Positions 39,798 through 49,653 are shown, counted from the stretch's first letter. The stretch is 64,000 nucleotides of DNA from an uncultured delta proteobacterium (GCA_963843145.1 CAWJJC010000028.1:320001-384000); one strand, 5' to 3'. Translations and numbers: made by a program. Notes: generated from the sequence alone by a model not told the origin.

Positions 39798-39908
39798 TCT
39801 CGCAGAGCGCGCAGAGAAAGACTTTGACAGGATTTACAGGAATAACCGGATAGTTTTCCCCGTTTCGAACGAAACGGGGAAAATCCTAAATATCCTGTTG
39901 ATCCTGTC
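39798..39908. repeat. Nonamer-type palindromic repeats (CGCAGAG units; GACAGGATTTACAGGA...ATCCTGTTGATCCTGTC)
   Basis: Complementary 9-nt-period arms flanking an internal hairpin (TTTTCCCCGTTTCG..CGAAACGGGGAAAA). Confidence 0.7.
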
Positions 39909-40360
39909 TAACTCTGTGCCTCAAACACGGCGGCGATGTTTTTCTGGCCGCCGAACTGAATGCAGCGGGTCGGGCAGACGCTCATACAGGCGGTCTGCTT
40001 ATACTCCGCCAGACGGTCGATACAGAGATCGCATTTGACGGCGATTTCTTGTCGGTCATCAAACTGCATAGCCCCAAAGGGGCAGGCTTCCAGGCAGGCC
40101 CGGCAGCCGATGCAGAGGTCCCGGTCGATCAGGACGATGCCCTGGGCGTTTCGGCTGATGGCTTTTTCCGGGCAGGCCTCCTTGCAGGGTGGCTTGGTGC
40201 AGTGGTGGCAGTAGACCGGGATATAGTCCGGGGAATCCTCGATCACCCTGACCAGCCTCGGCCCCACCCCCAGACGGTGCTCCTGCTTGCAGGCCACCTC
40301 GCAGGCGTGGCAACCCATGCAGTCTTTTTTTATAAAAACGAGAGAAACTTTTTCCATCAT
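39908..40360 (-). CDS. 4Fe-4S dicluster electron-transfer subunit (DmsB/HydN-like)
   Basis: CMGCHACEVAC, CHHC..PPC..ACP, CIGCRAC..ACP, KCDLC...C...CP; AAGGAG RBS. Confidence 0.93.
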   Translation of the reverse strand: MMEKVSLVFIKKDCMGCHACEVACKQEHRLGVGPRLVRVIEDSPDYIPVYCHHCTKPPCKEACPEKAISRNAQGIVLIDRDLCIGCRACLEACPFGAMQFDDRQEIAVKCDLCIDRLAEYKQTACMSVCPTRCIQFGGQKNIAAVFEAQS

Positions 40361-40409
40361 AAATCTCCTTGGCGCTCTTGGCGTCTTTGCGGTGAGAAAA
40401 TCAGCCAAG

Positions 40410-42509
40410 TTATTCCATCTCACCGGGGGCGATGTTGCACAGACAGACCCGCAGGTTGGTGGAGCCGATGGCCGGATCCAAGGTTTCGTAGGCGTTGTCG
40501 GTCAGGATATTGGCATTGGCGATATCCCAGCCGTGATCCGGGGTCTTGATCTCCGGGAACCACCAGCCGTGTTCGGCCACGATCACCCGGGGGTCGATGT
40601 GTTTATTCAGTTTGGCCCGCTGCTTGATGCGTCCTCGGGGAGATGAAATAAAGACCCATTGCCCCTCGCCGATGGCGTGCTTTTGGGCCGTGTCCGGATG
40701 AATCTCCACGATGGGGTCCGGCCGGATCTCCCGCAGCCAGGGGATATTGCGGTTGGCGGCGTGAAAATAGGTGGGGGTCCGCAGGCCCGAGTTAAAGATG
40801 TAGGGGAAATCTTTGGCCACCTCGGGTTTGGAGATCGGGCTTTCGGCGACCTCGTCGTACTTGGGCAGGGGATCGTAGCCCCAATCTTTGAGGAGGGTCG
40901 AATAGACCTCCAGTTTCTTGGTGGGGGTGGAAAAGCCCCGCTGTTGGTATTTGCGGTAGACCATCTCGCCCTGCAGAAAGCCTTTCTCCTTGAATTGCTC
41001 CCAGGTCAACCCGGAGGGCTCCAGCAGCCAGTCCAGGGCGTCCTCCACCGTGGGCCACCATTCCTGACCCATCCGTTTGCCGAGTTCCATCCAGATCTTG
41101 TGATCCTGCCAGGCCTCGCCGACCTCCACGCATTTCTCCCGGGCCAGGACAAACCCGTGCCGCTTCCAGTTATCGGCCACATGGTTCTGCTCCAGCCAGG
41201 TCCCGGCTGGCAGAAAGATGTCGGCCAGTTCGGTGGTGGGGGTCTGAAAGAAATCAATGGCCGCCAGGAATTCGATCTGCTTCAAGGCCTCGTAGGCCTC
41301 CTTGGCGTTAGCCCGGGAGATCACCGGGTTGGTGCCGCCGAGGATGCCGGCCTTGAGCGGGTAGGGTTGGCCGGTCAGGATGGCATCCCAGGCCTTCTTG
41401 GGATTGATAAAGGCCACCCGGGCCCCCAGCGGGAAATCCTTTCCGCCCAGGCGCTTGGCCCGCTGTTCCTTGGACAGGTCCCGGTGCCGGGCGAATTCGG
41501 CCACGGTCCGGGTGGGCGGGTTGACGAAGAGGACATTTCCGCCGGGCACGTCCAAGTTCCCGGTGATCCCCATGAGGGCCGTGGTGGCCCGGGTATAGTT
41601 GGCGCAGTTATTGTTCTGTTCGGTGGGCACGCCCCAGTGGATCAGGGCCGGCTTGGTGGTGGCGTACATCCGGGCCGCTTTGCGGATCAGGTCCTTGTCG
41701 ATCCAGGTGATTTCCTGGACCTTCTCCGGGGTATATTCCTTCACCCGCTCCTTCCATTCCTCCCAGCCGTTGACGTAATTTTCCGCGAAATCCTTGTCGT
41801 ACAGCCCTTCTTCGATGATGATCTGGCTGAAGCCCAGGGAGAGGGCGGCGTCGGTCCCCGGGCGGATCTGCAGCCAGAGGTCGGCCTTGTTGGCCACGAA
41901 GCCCTTGCGCGGATCGATGCAGATCAGCTTGGCCCCTTTTTTATAGGCGCGCCAGAAACCCTCCCCCTTGTATTCGTCCGGATTGCTCCACTGGGGGTTA
42001 CAGCCCCAGATAACGATTAGCTTTGGCCCGCCCTCGTAGTCGCCGATGGGCAGAGAGCCGACGGTAATCAAGGTCGAGGCGACCCGGGAAACATAGCACA
42101 TATGGCCGGCGGTCAGGACGTTGGGGGTGCCCAGGAGGTTGGCGAAGCGGTAGAGGTGACTCTCGTAATCCCGGCCCGTTCCCTGGCCCACGACAATCGA
42201 CTCCGGCCCGTATTCGGCGATAACCGCCTTGAATTTTTCGGCGATGGAATCCAGGGCCTCATCCCAGGAAATGCGCTCCCATTTCCCGCTCAGTTTGCCG
42301 CCGACTTTTTTCAGGGGGTAAAGCACCCGGTCCGGATGGTAGGCCAGTTGGGTGATGGCCAGACCCTTGCTGCAGAGGGTGCCGTGGCTGATGGGGGAAT
42401 CCGGGTCCCCCTCCACCTTGATCACCCGGCCGTCTCGGACGGTGGCGATGACCCCGCACCCTCCGTGGCAACTCCGGCAGGCCGTTCGTATCTTTTTTTC
42501 TTCTCCCAT
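40410..42509 (-). CDS. Cytoplasmic Mo/W-bisPGD oxidoreductase, acetylene hydratase-like clade
   Basis: CRSCHGGC...C N-terminal [4Fe-4S] motif, GHMC putative metal ligand, GNLDVPGG, C-terminal VEIHPDTA..EHGWW; no Tat signal. Confidence 0.9.
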   Translation of the reverse strand: MGEEKKIRTACRSCHGGCGVIATVRDGRVIKVEGDPDSPISHGTLCSKGLAITQLAYHPDRVLYPLKKVGGKLSGKWERISWDEALDSIAEKFKAVIAEYGPESIVVGQGTGRDYESHLYRFANLLGTPNVLTAGHMCYVSRVASTLITVGSLPIGDYEGGPKLIVIWGCNPQWSNPDEYKGEGFWRAYKKGAKLICIDPRKGFVANKADLWLQIRPGTDAALSLGFSQIIIEEGLYDKDFAENYVNGWEEWKERVKEYTPEKVQEITWIDKDLIRKAARMYATTKPALIHWGVPTEQNNNCANYTRATTALMGITGNLDVPGGNVLFVNPPTRTVAEFARHRDLSKEQRAKRLGGKDFPLGARVAFINPKKAWDAILTGQPYPLKAGILGGTNPVISRANAKEAYEALKQIEFLAAIDFFQTPTTELADIFLPAGTWLEQNHVADNWKRHGFVLAREKCVEVGEAWQDHKIWMELGKRMGQEWWPTVEDALDWLLEPSGLTWEQFKEKGFLQGEMVYRKYQQRGFSTPTKKLEVYSTLLKDWGYDPLPKYDEVAESPISKPEVAKDFPYIFNSGLRTPTYFHAANRNIPWLREIRPDPIVEIHPDTAQKHAIGEGQWVFISSPRGRIKQRAKLNKHIDPRVIVAEHGWWFPEIKTPDHGWDIANANILTDNAYETLDPAIGSTNLRVCLCNIAPGEME

Positions 42510-42523
42510 GATCAAACTCCTTT

Positions 42524-42724
42524 CTAGTCCCCGGTCTCGGCCAGGTCGGAGATCCCGAACTGCAAGACCCGAACGAAACTCAGCATGGCCCGAACGTTTT
42601 TTTCGACTACCGGCATACCCTGACCTTTTTCCTTCAAGTCCAGGAGCAGGGTTTCCAGTTGATCGATGATCCCCTTCATTTCGGCCGGATCGGCCCCGGC
42701 CCCGGCAGCGGTTGGTCTCTTCAT
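42524..42724 (-). CDS. Small hypothetical protein in the operon
   Basis: Tightly packed between the ligase and the Mo enzyme; GMPVVEKNVRAML. Confidence 0.7.
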   Translation of the reverse strand: MKRPTAAGAGADPAEMKGIIDQLETLLLDLKEKGQGMPVVEKNVRAMLSFVRVLQFGISDLAETGD

Positions 42725-42728
42725 CTGC

Positions 42729-44054
42729 TTATCCCTCCCGGTGATCTTTAAAGCGTTTTGATTTTAAGGTGTAGCGCGGCAGGCCTCCGGGGGGTACCGG
42801 CTCGATCTTAAAGCGGAGGTTGGTCTTGGTCTTGAGCCGTTCCGAGATGCGCCGCTTAAACCCTTGGAAAGCCTCGATCCCCATTTCTTCCTGGGGCTCC
42901 ACCTTGAGCGTGATTTCATCCATTACGTCTATGCGTTCCACCCAGATTTCATATTCCACGATTTCCGGGAACTCCCGCCGGACGATTTCTTCAACGGTCA
43001 CAGGGGTGAACAGGACCCCCCGGATTTTCCGCAGGTCGTCGGTCCGTCCTTCGACTCCGGCGATCATGCGGGTCGTTCGTCCGCAGGGACAAGCGTCGTT
43101 CCCCCGCCGGACCACATCCTTGGTGTTGAAACGGATCAGAGGAAAAGAGCGCCGCCCGAGGGGCGTGATCACGGCTACCCCCAATTCACCCGGACCGACC
43201 TCCCGGGTCAAGGTTTCCATGTCCAGGATTTCCACCAGGAAGAAAGGCTCCATAAGGTGCAGGCCCCGGCGCTCGCCGCACATGGCCCCCCAGGCGCAAG
43301 GTTCCGTTCCACCGATGTGGTCATAGACCTCGGCACCCCAAATCTGCTCCAAACGGTTCCGGGTGGCCGGCGGCAACGGTTCCCCGGCGCAGAGCATCCT
43401 TTTTATTCCCAGGGTCTTAGGGTCTATCCCCTCCCGGAGCGCCTCCTCGGCCAGATGCAGGCCGTAGGTGGGGGTGTTCAGAAGGGCGGTGGCATGGACT
43501 TCCCTGATTTTGCTGATCCGGCCCCGGGTGTCGAGGGCGCCGCCGGGAACCACCTCGCAGCCCAGCTTTTCGGAGGCGTAATGGCCTTCCCAGAAGGCGA
43601 CATAGACGTTGTAGCCGAAGGGAATAAAGACGCGGTCGGTCTCCCGAAATCCGGCCATCCAGAGGATGTGGCACCAGATTTCGATCCGCCACTGCCAGCT
43701 CTCATAGGATTCCGGGACGTACACCGGTCGGCCTGTCGTCCCCGAGGTCTGGCGGAAATGAGAGACCTCGGTCAGGTCGACCCCCAGCAGCTCTCCATAG
43801 GGGAAGGGCTCCCGCCCTTCCTGGGCTTTCCGCAGTTCTTCCTTGTCGAGGAGGGGAAGCTGTCTGACCGCCTCCAGACTCCGAATTTCCTCGGGAAGAA
43901 TGTCCTGGTATTTACGCCGATAAAAGGCCGAGTGATCCTTGGCATATTGAAACATTTGGCGGAAGTTCTTGAGTTCAATGGCTAACCGTCTTTCCGGTTC
44001 CAAAGTTTCCAGCAAGGGGTTCCAGTAATTGCTTCTCTGTTCGGTCATCTCCAA
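42729..44054 (-). CDS. Phenylacetate-CoA ligase (PaaK)-family acyl-CoA ligase
   Basis: QTSGTTGRP, AGEP, YDHIGGTE, PLIRF..D, GRTDD. Confidence 0.92.
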   Translation of the reverse strand: MEMTEQRSNYWNPLLETLEPERRLAIELKNFRQMFQYAKDHSAFYRRKYQDILPEEIRSLEAVRQLPLLDKEELRKAQEGREPFPYGELLGVDLTEVSHFRQTSGTTGRPVYVPESYESWQWRIEIWCHILWMAGFRETDRVFIPFGYNVYVAFWEGHYASEKLGCEVVPGGALDTRGRISKIREVHATALLNTPTYGLHLAEEALREGIDPKTLGIKRMLCAGEPLPPATRNRLEQIWGAEVYDHIGGTEPCAWGAMCGERRGLHLMEPFFLVEILDMETLTREVGPGELGVAVITPLGRRSFPLIRFNTKDVVRRGNDACPCGRTTRMIAGVEGRTDDLRKIRGVLFTPVTVEEIVRREFPEIVEYEIWVERIDVMDEITLKVEPQEEMGIEAFQGFKRRISERLKTKTNLRFKIEPVPPGGLPRYTLKSKRFKDHREG

Positions 44055-44235
44055 GGATCCTCCTTCGAGCTAATCTAATGAGGCTCTGCCCGATAAAAAG
44101 TGGTCTCTCCAGACCCAGGACGCCGCCTCGTATTTTAGGAATATCCCCCTAATCGAGGGGGAGCATAAAAGTCTATATAGAGAACATGAGGTCTTTGTAT
44201 AGAACAAATTCTTTCGCCGGTCAAGAAGAAAATAA

Positions 44236-44270
44236 TTGACAGGGGGCTAAAAACTGGGGTACAGAGTACC
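44236..44270 (+). promoter_or_regulatory. Sigma70-like promoter with overlapping palindrome GGTAC-AGA-GTACC (candidate GntR operator)
   Basis: TTGACA-18 nt-TACAGA; the palindrome covers the -10 box; a GntR gene lies in the downstream operon. Confidence 0.45.
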
Positions 44271-44340
44271 AAACGGTGAAACCCAGGATTCCTTCTCACG
44301 CGTCAAAAAATTCGAAGGGCTTTCCAGGTCAAAACAGGCC

Positions 44341-44880
44341 ATGGTCGAAATAAAATTCTTCGGTCGGGGAGGGCAGGGGGCGGTGATCGCTTCCCAGATA
44401 CTGGCCAAGGCCTATTTTCTGATGGGCTGGTATCCCCAATGTTTCGCCCTCTTTGGCGGTGAACGCCGCGGGGCGCCGGTCTTTAGCTTCCTGCGAGTGG
44501 ATGAAAAAAAGATCCTCCTCAAGTGCGAGATCATCAAGCCCGACCAAATGATTTTTCTGGCTTCCGATTTGCTGGAAGAAAGGGAAATCGACGCCTGCCT
44601 GAAACCGAACGGCCTGATTCTAATCAACAAGACCCAACCCCACCAACCGGCTCTACCTGCCAACCATTTTCGCCTGGCCCAGGTGGATGCCCTGCGCGTT
44701 GCCGCCGAACAGGGGTTGGGAAGCATAATCAACACAGCCATCCTGGGCGCCTACTGCCGGGCTGCCGGGGATGTTCCGCTCGCCTGCCTGGAAGAGGCGA
44801 TTCGGGGTACGGTGCCGGCCAAGGTGGAGGCCAACGTGGCCGCGGCCCAAAAGGCCTATGAGCTAACCCAAATGTTTTAG
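44341..44880 (+). CDS. 2-oxoacid:acceptor oxidoreductase gamma subunit
   Basis: GRGGQGAV, FGGERRGAPV, NTAILGA. Confidence 0.94.
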   Translation: MVEIKFFGRGGQGAVIASQILAKAYFLMGWYPQCFALFGGERRGAPVFSFLRVDEKKILLKCEIIKPDQMIFLASDLLEEREIDACLKPNGLILINKTQPHQPALPANHFRLAQVDALRVAAEQGLGSIINTAILGAYCRAAGDVPLACLEEAIRGTVPAKVEANVAAAQKAYELTQMF

Positions 44881-44912
44881 AGACTGGCTAAGGATATTTA
44901 AATTCTTAGCTC

Positions 44913-45013
44913 AAATTCGAAACTCGAAATCCGAAATCCGAAACAAATTCAAATTGACCAAAATTGGACATTGCCGTTTGTTTCGAATTTCGTGCTTCGG
45001 ATTTCGAATTTAG
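44913..45013. repeat. Intact heptamer palindromic element
   Basis: AAATTCG AAACTCG AAATCCG AAATCCG AAACAAA...TTTGTTTCGAATTTCGTGCTTCGGATTTCGAATTT. Confidence 0.85.
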
Positions 45014-45066
45014 AAATGCTGTTGTTTGACCGTGCGTGATAAATTCTCAGAATCTACTTTGTACCT

Positions 45067-46809
45067 ATGGATATTAAAGACATCGAACAGATAGCTCCTG
45101 TTTCCCGGGGGTCCACCGAGATTTTCAAGACCGGCCAGTGGGGATCCGGGAAGCCGTACTACCTGGAAAAAACCTCCCCCTGCCGTCAGGCCTGTCCGGC
45201 GGGGATCGATATGGCCCGGGCCCTGGCCGCGGCCGCCCTGGGGCGGTTCGACGAGGCCTTGCGGATCGTCCGGCAGGACAATCCCCTGCCGGGTGTCTGC
45301 GGGCGGGTCTGTTACCACCCCTGCGAGAAGGAATGCAACCGCCAGGATTTCGATGAAGCGGTCAATATCCGCGGCTTTGAACGGTACCTCTCCGACCACG
45401 GCCGGGTGGACCTGTTGAGAGAGGTACCGCCCGAAATGAAAAAAGAGCGGGTCGCCATTATCGGTTCCGGCCCGGCGGGCCTGAGCGCCGCCTGGCAGTT
45501 GGCCCGTCAAGGATACCCGGTTACCCTCTTCGAGGCCTTGCCCGAACCGGGCGGGATGCTGCGCTACGGCATCCCGGAGTACCGTCTGCCCAAAGAGGTA
45601 CTCCGGCGGGAAATCGGCTTCATCCGCCAACTGGGAGTGGAGATCCAAACCGGAGTCCGACTGGGCCGGGACGTCTCGCTTCAAAAGGTAAAAACGGACT
45701 ACCAGGCCCTGTTCATAGCTGCCGGGGTGGAGGGGTCGCGGAGGTTGGGGATCGAGGGGGAGGGACTTCCGGGGGTCAGGGAAGGGATCGCCTTCCTGCG
45801 GCGGATCAATCGGGGGGCATCTCTGGAAGTGGGCCGGAGGGTGGCGATCATCGGCGGCGGGAACACGGCCATGGATTGTGCCCGCACGGCCCGGCGTCTA
45901 GGCGGCGAAGAGGTCACGGTGGTTTATCGGCGGTCTCGGGCCGAAATGCCGGCCCTGGCCGAAGAGGTGGCTTCGCTGGAACCCGAAGGGATTCGACTGC
46001 TCTTGCAGGCCGCTCCGAAGAGGCTGCTGGCGGAAGGGGGCCGGCTATCTAGCCTGGAATGTTTAAAAACGGATTGGGGGGCGCCGGATGACCACGGCCG
46101 GTCTCGTCCCGTTCCGATCGCCGGATCGGAATTTATTTTACCGACCGATACGGTCATCATTGCGGTAGGTCAGGCCCCGGAGGCAAGGTTTGTGGAGGAA
46201 ATCGGTCTGTCCCTGAGCGCCACGGGTTTGATCCCCATCGACCCGGAAACCAGGGAGACTCAGGTAAAGGGAGTGTTTGCCGGCGGGGACCTGGCCGGGG
46301 AGCGGGCCTTCGTGGCCGATGCTGTAGCCGGCGGCAAACGGGCGGCCCTGGCCATCGCCTGCTTCCTGGAGGGCCGGGATGTTCAAAAAGAACTGGAACG
46401 TCTGCGGATCGGCTCCGGGGCATCAATCGCTTTCGGACCTTTCCGGGACCCGGGAAAGAATCGGGCAGACTTGCAAAAAGTGGTCCCCTTTGAAAAGATC
46501 AATACCCTTTGCTTCCCTTTGGTCGGTCGCCGGTCCAACCCCGAGCAGCCGGTGCCGGAGCGATGGCCCCGGACCTTTGAAGCGCTGAGCGGCGGACTGG
46601 ACCCGGCGCAGATGAACGGGGAAATTTCCAGGTGCTTCAAGTGCGGCACCTGCGTCCACTGCGACCTCTGTTTCCTGCTCTGCCCGGATGTCTCCATCCA
46701 GAAGATTGGCGGGGAGGGCTACCGGGTCAATCCTGATTATTGCAAAGGCTGCGGCCAGTGCGCCGCCACTTGCCCCCGACAGGTGATCGAGATGGAAGGG
46801 CCGGCATGA
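45067..46809 (+). CDS. GltD-like FAD/NAD(P) oxidoreductase fused within a PorD-like (delta) ferredoxin subunit
   Basis: N-terminal STEIFKTGQW; PCRQACP, CGRVCYHPCE, IGSGPAG, GGGNTAMD, YRRS; C-terminal CVHCDLC...CP and DYCKGCGQC...CP. Confidence 0.9.
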   Translation: MDIKDIEQIAPVSRGSTEIFKTGQWGSGKPYYLEKTSPCRQACPAGIDMARALAAAALGRFDEALRIVRQDNPLPGVCGRVCYHPCEKECNRQDFDEAVNIRGFERYLSDHGRVDLLREVPPEMKKERVAIIGSGPAGLSAAWQLARQGYPVTLFEALPEPGGMLRYGIPEYRLPKEVLRREIGFIRQLGVEIQTGVRLGRDVSLQKVKTDYQALFIAAGVEGSRRLGIEGEGLPGVREGIAFLRRINRGASLEVGRRVAIIGGGNTAMDCARTARRLGGEEVTVVYRRSRAEMPALAEEVASLEPEGIRLLLQAAPKRLLAEGGRLSSLECLKTDWGAPDDHGRSRPVPIAGSEFILPTDTVIIAVGQAPEARFVEEIGLSLSATGLIPIDPETRETQVKGVFAGGDLAGERAFVADAVAGGKRAALAIACFLEGRDVQKELERLRIGSGASIAFGPFRDPGKNRADLQKVVPFEKINTLCFPLVGRRSNPEQPVPERWPRTFEALSGGLDPAQMNGEISRCFKCGTCVHCDLCFLLCPDVSIQKIGGEGYRVNPDYCKGCGQCAATCPRQVIEMEGPA

Positions 46810-47957
46810 GGACCATGCTATCCGGAAACGAGGCCGTTGCCGAGGCCGTCCGTCTGGCCCGGGTGCCGTTCGTGGCCGCCTACCCGATTACCCCCCAGAC
46901 CCCGATCTATGAAAAGCTGTCCGCCATGGAAAACGAGGGCAGGCTTCCCGGGACCATGATGCGCACCGAATCCGAGCATTCGGCCATGGCCGCCTGCGTC
47001 GCCGCTTCCCTGACCGGGGTGCGGACCTTCACCGCCACCGCCTCCCAAGGGCTGGCCCTGATGCACGAGATGCTGCACTTTGCCTCCGGGAACCGGGTCC
47101 CGGTAGTCATGGCCAACGTGAACCGGGTCCTGGCCGTGCCCTGGGCCTTCGGCAGCGACCAGACCGACAGCCTTTCCCAACGGGATACGGGCTGGCTGCA
47201 ACTATACTGCGAGGATGGGCAGGAGGCCCTCGATACGGTCCTCCAAGCCTACCGGATCGCCGAGCAGGTCATGTTGCCTGTCATGGTCTGCATCGACGGT
47301 TTTTTTACCTCCCATTTCATCGAACCCCTGGAGATCCCCGATCAGACCACGGTTGATGCTTTCCTGCCCCCGCCCAACATCCCCAACCGGTTTGACACCC
47401 AAAATCCCGCCTACATTTCCAATGTGGTCAGCCCCGCGCAGTTCATGCGCTTTCGGCAGCGGAGTTTCGAGGATATGGAAAAGGCCCGGCCGCTCATCCA
47501 GGCCGTCGACGAAGAATACCAACGCTTCTTCGGCCGGGGCTACGGGCTGGTGGAGGCCGTGGAAACCGGGGAGGCCGAGATCGTCCTGGTGACCAGCGGG
47601 GCCATGACCGGCACGGCCCGGGTGGCCATCCGGGCGTTGCGGGACCGAGGGGTCCGGGCCGGACTGCTTAAGATCAAGGCCTTCCGGCCTTTTCCCAGAG
47701 AGGAGGTCCAGACCGTCCTGGAGGGTGTGCCGAAAGCGGCGGTGGTGGACCGGAATATTTCCCTGGGCAAAGAGGGGATCTTCTGTCAGGAATTGAAGGC
47801 CGCCCTTTACCCCTTGGAGCGGCGTCCGCAAATCAGCGGGTACATCGCGGGACTATGCGGCGACGACGTATCGCCGGAGATGCTCGAGGAACTGGTACTG
47901 GAAACGTTGCGGAGCAAACAGCCTCCCGCGGGGCCGATCTGGGTGCGTAAGGATTGA
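46806..47957 (+). CDS. 2-oxoacid:acceptor oxidoreductase alpha subunit
   Basis: SGNEAVA, YPITPQT, ESEHSA, TATASQGL, FRPFP. Confidence 0.95.
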   Translation: MRTMLSGNEAVAEAVRLARVPFVAAYPITPQTPIYEKLSAMENEGRLPGTMMRTESEHSAMAACVAASLTGVRTFTATASQGLALMHEMLHFASGNRVPVVMANVNRVLAVPWAFGSDQTDSLSQRDTGWLQLYCEDGQEALDTVLQAYRIAEQVMLPVMVCIDGFFTSHFIEPLEIPDQTTVDAFLPPPNIPNRFDTQNPAYISNVVSPAQFMRFRQRSFEDMEKARPLIQAVDEEYQRFFGRGYGLVEAVETGEAEIVLVTSGAMTGTARVAIRALRDRGVRAGLLKIKAFRPFPREEVQTVLEGVPKAAVVDRNISLGKEGIFCQELKAALYPLERRPQISGYIAGLCGDDVSPEMLEELVLETLRSKQPPAGPIWVRKD

Positions 47958-47992
47958 AACACTTTCACCGCCAAGACGCAAAGGTCGCAAAG

Positions 47993-48853
47993 ATGGAAAA
48001 GGAATATTTCCGGTCGGGGCATATGGCCTGTCCGGGGTGCGGCATGGCCTCCACTATTCGACTGGTATTGAAGGCCCTGGGAGAAAAAACGGTCGTGGTC
48101 ATTATCCCTTCCTGCGTCGGGGTCATCAGCGCCGCTTTTCCGAACAGCACCCTGACCGTACCCTGTTTCCATTCGGCCTTTGAGATCGCGGCCCCGACGG
48201 CGGCCGGCATCGCCCAGGCCCTGAAAATTCAAGGCGACGAGGAAACCACGGTGCTGGCCCTGGCCGGCGACGGCGGCACTTTTGATATCGGCCTGCAGTC
48301 CTTGTCGGGGGCCGCGGATCGGAATGAAAATTTCCTGTACGTCTGTCTGGACAACGAAGGCTACATGAACACGGGCATTCAATCCAGTTCGGCCACTCCC
48401 CGGGGGGCCTGGACGATGACCACGCCGGCGGGCCGGGGCGGGAAAAAGAAACACTTCATGGAAATCATAGCCGCTCACCGTCTTCCCTATGCCGCCACCG
48501 CCTCCATCGGCCAACCGCTCGATCTCCTGGAAAAGGTCAAGAAGGCCAAGGCGGTCCGGGGGACCCGCTTCATCCACACCCTGGTCCCTTGCCCGACCGG
48601 CTGGCGGATGCCCGAGGACCAGAGCGCCCGGTCGGCCATGCTGGCCGTGGAAAGCCGGATCTTTCCCCTCTATGAAATCATCGACGGGACCCGCTACCGG
48701 ATTACCCACGAGTCCCGGGGCCTTCCGGTCAGGGAGTACCTCAAGCTGCAGGGCCGGTTCCGCCATTTGAGTGAAGAAGCGATCAAAGGGATCCAGCAGG
48801 AAGTGGACGAAGATTGGGAACGGCTGACTTTATTGATCAAGGGCTGCCCCTAG
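47993..48853 (+). CDS. 2-oxoacid:acceptor oxidoreductase beta (TPP-binding) subunit
   Basis: ACPGCG, GDGGTFDIG, DNEGYMNTG, PCPTGW. Confidence 0.95.
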   Translation: MEKEYFRSGHMACPGCGMASTIRLVLKALGEKTVVVIIPSCVGVISAAFPNSTLTVPCFHSAFEIAAPTAAGIAQALKIQGDEETTVLALAGDGGTFDIGLQSLSGAADRNENFLYVCLDNEGYMNTGIQSSSATPRGAWTMTTPAGRGGKKKHFMEIIAAHRLPYAATASIGQPLDLLEKVKKAKAVRGTRFIHTLVPCPTGWRMPEDQSARSAMLAVESRIFPLYEIIDGTRYRITHESRGLPVREYLKLQGRFRHLSEEAIKGIQQEVDEDWERLTLLIKGCP

Positions 48854-49603
48854 ATGAAAAAATTGGTTATCAAAGACAGCGACACTATCCGCAAGAAGGT
48901 TTACGCTCATGTTCGCGATCGGATTTTGGCGGGAGAGATATCCCCCCATCAACGCCTGATCGAGACCAAAATCGCGCAGGAAATCGGGACCTCACGGACC
49001 CCGGTCCGGGAGGCCCTGCATAATCTCGAAGTCGAAGGGCTGATCGAATCCATCCCGCGGGTCGGCTATCGGGTCAAATTTTTAAATCCGACGGAGGTGG
49101 AGGAGATCTGCGCCATCCGGGCCACTATCGAGGAGCTGGCCGCCGACTGGGCCATGAATAAGGCCCCTGGAAAGCTGGTGTCGGGACTAAAGAAAAATAT
49201 CGCCCAATCAGAGAAAGCCATCGCCCAGGGGGCGATTAAGGCTTTTGTGGATCTGGACGCCCAATTCCATGAAATTATCGCCAGACTCAGCGGCGGTCAG
49301 CGCCTTCTGGAACTGGCCCAGACTCTCCGGCGCCATATGCTGCGCTACCGGATAGAGAGTATTTATACGCTGGATAACGTCAGGCGGGCCATCGACGGAC
49401 ACAAAGGCATTCTCCAGGCGCTCGAGAAGGCCGACCGTCCGGGGGTGGGACAGGCCATCATCGCCCATCTGGAACAGTCGAAGCGGGATATTCTGCGCTA
49501 TGCGTTTAAGGAAGATGCCCCGGATAAAGAACAGGTGCTTGGCACCAAAATCCGAAATTCGAAGCACGAAATTCGAAACAAGCACGAAAGTCCAAAATTA
49601 TAA
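48854..49603 (+). CDS. GntR (FCD) family transcriptional regulator
   Basis: IAQEIGTSRTPVREAL HTH; D..FH and H in the FCD domain; C-terminal tail derived from repeat DNA. Confidence 0.94.
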   Translation: MKKLVIKDSDTIRKKVYAHVRDRILAGEISPHQRLIETKIAQEIGTSRTPVREALHNLEVEGLIESIPRVGYRVKFLNPTEVEEICAIRATIEELAADWAMNKAPGKLVSGLKKNIAQSEKAIAQGAIKAFVDLDAQFHEIIARLSGGQRLLELAQTLRRHMLRYRIESIYTLDNVRRAIDGHKGILQALEKADRPGVGQAIIAHLEQSKRDILRYAFKEDAPDKEQVLGTKIRNSKHEIRNKHESPKL

Positions 49604-49630
49604 TGACCAAAACAAAAACGTTTCGGATTT
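49547..49630. repeat. Heptamer element copy overlapping the GntR 3' end
   Basis: AAATCCGAAATTCGAAGCACGAAATTCGAAACAA...ATGACCAAAACAAAAACGTTTCGG. Confidence 0.8.
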
Positions 49631-49653
49631 TAACTTATTTGGGTTAGCTATCT

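Noticed and set aside
40659-42020. 453-aa plus-strand ORF, and similar long shadow ORFs (42864-43985, 47807-48766, 49749-51053, 51237-52010)
   Set aside because: They lie antisense or out of frame over clearly identifiable genes in GC-rich DNA and carry no recognisable motifs.
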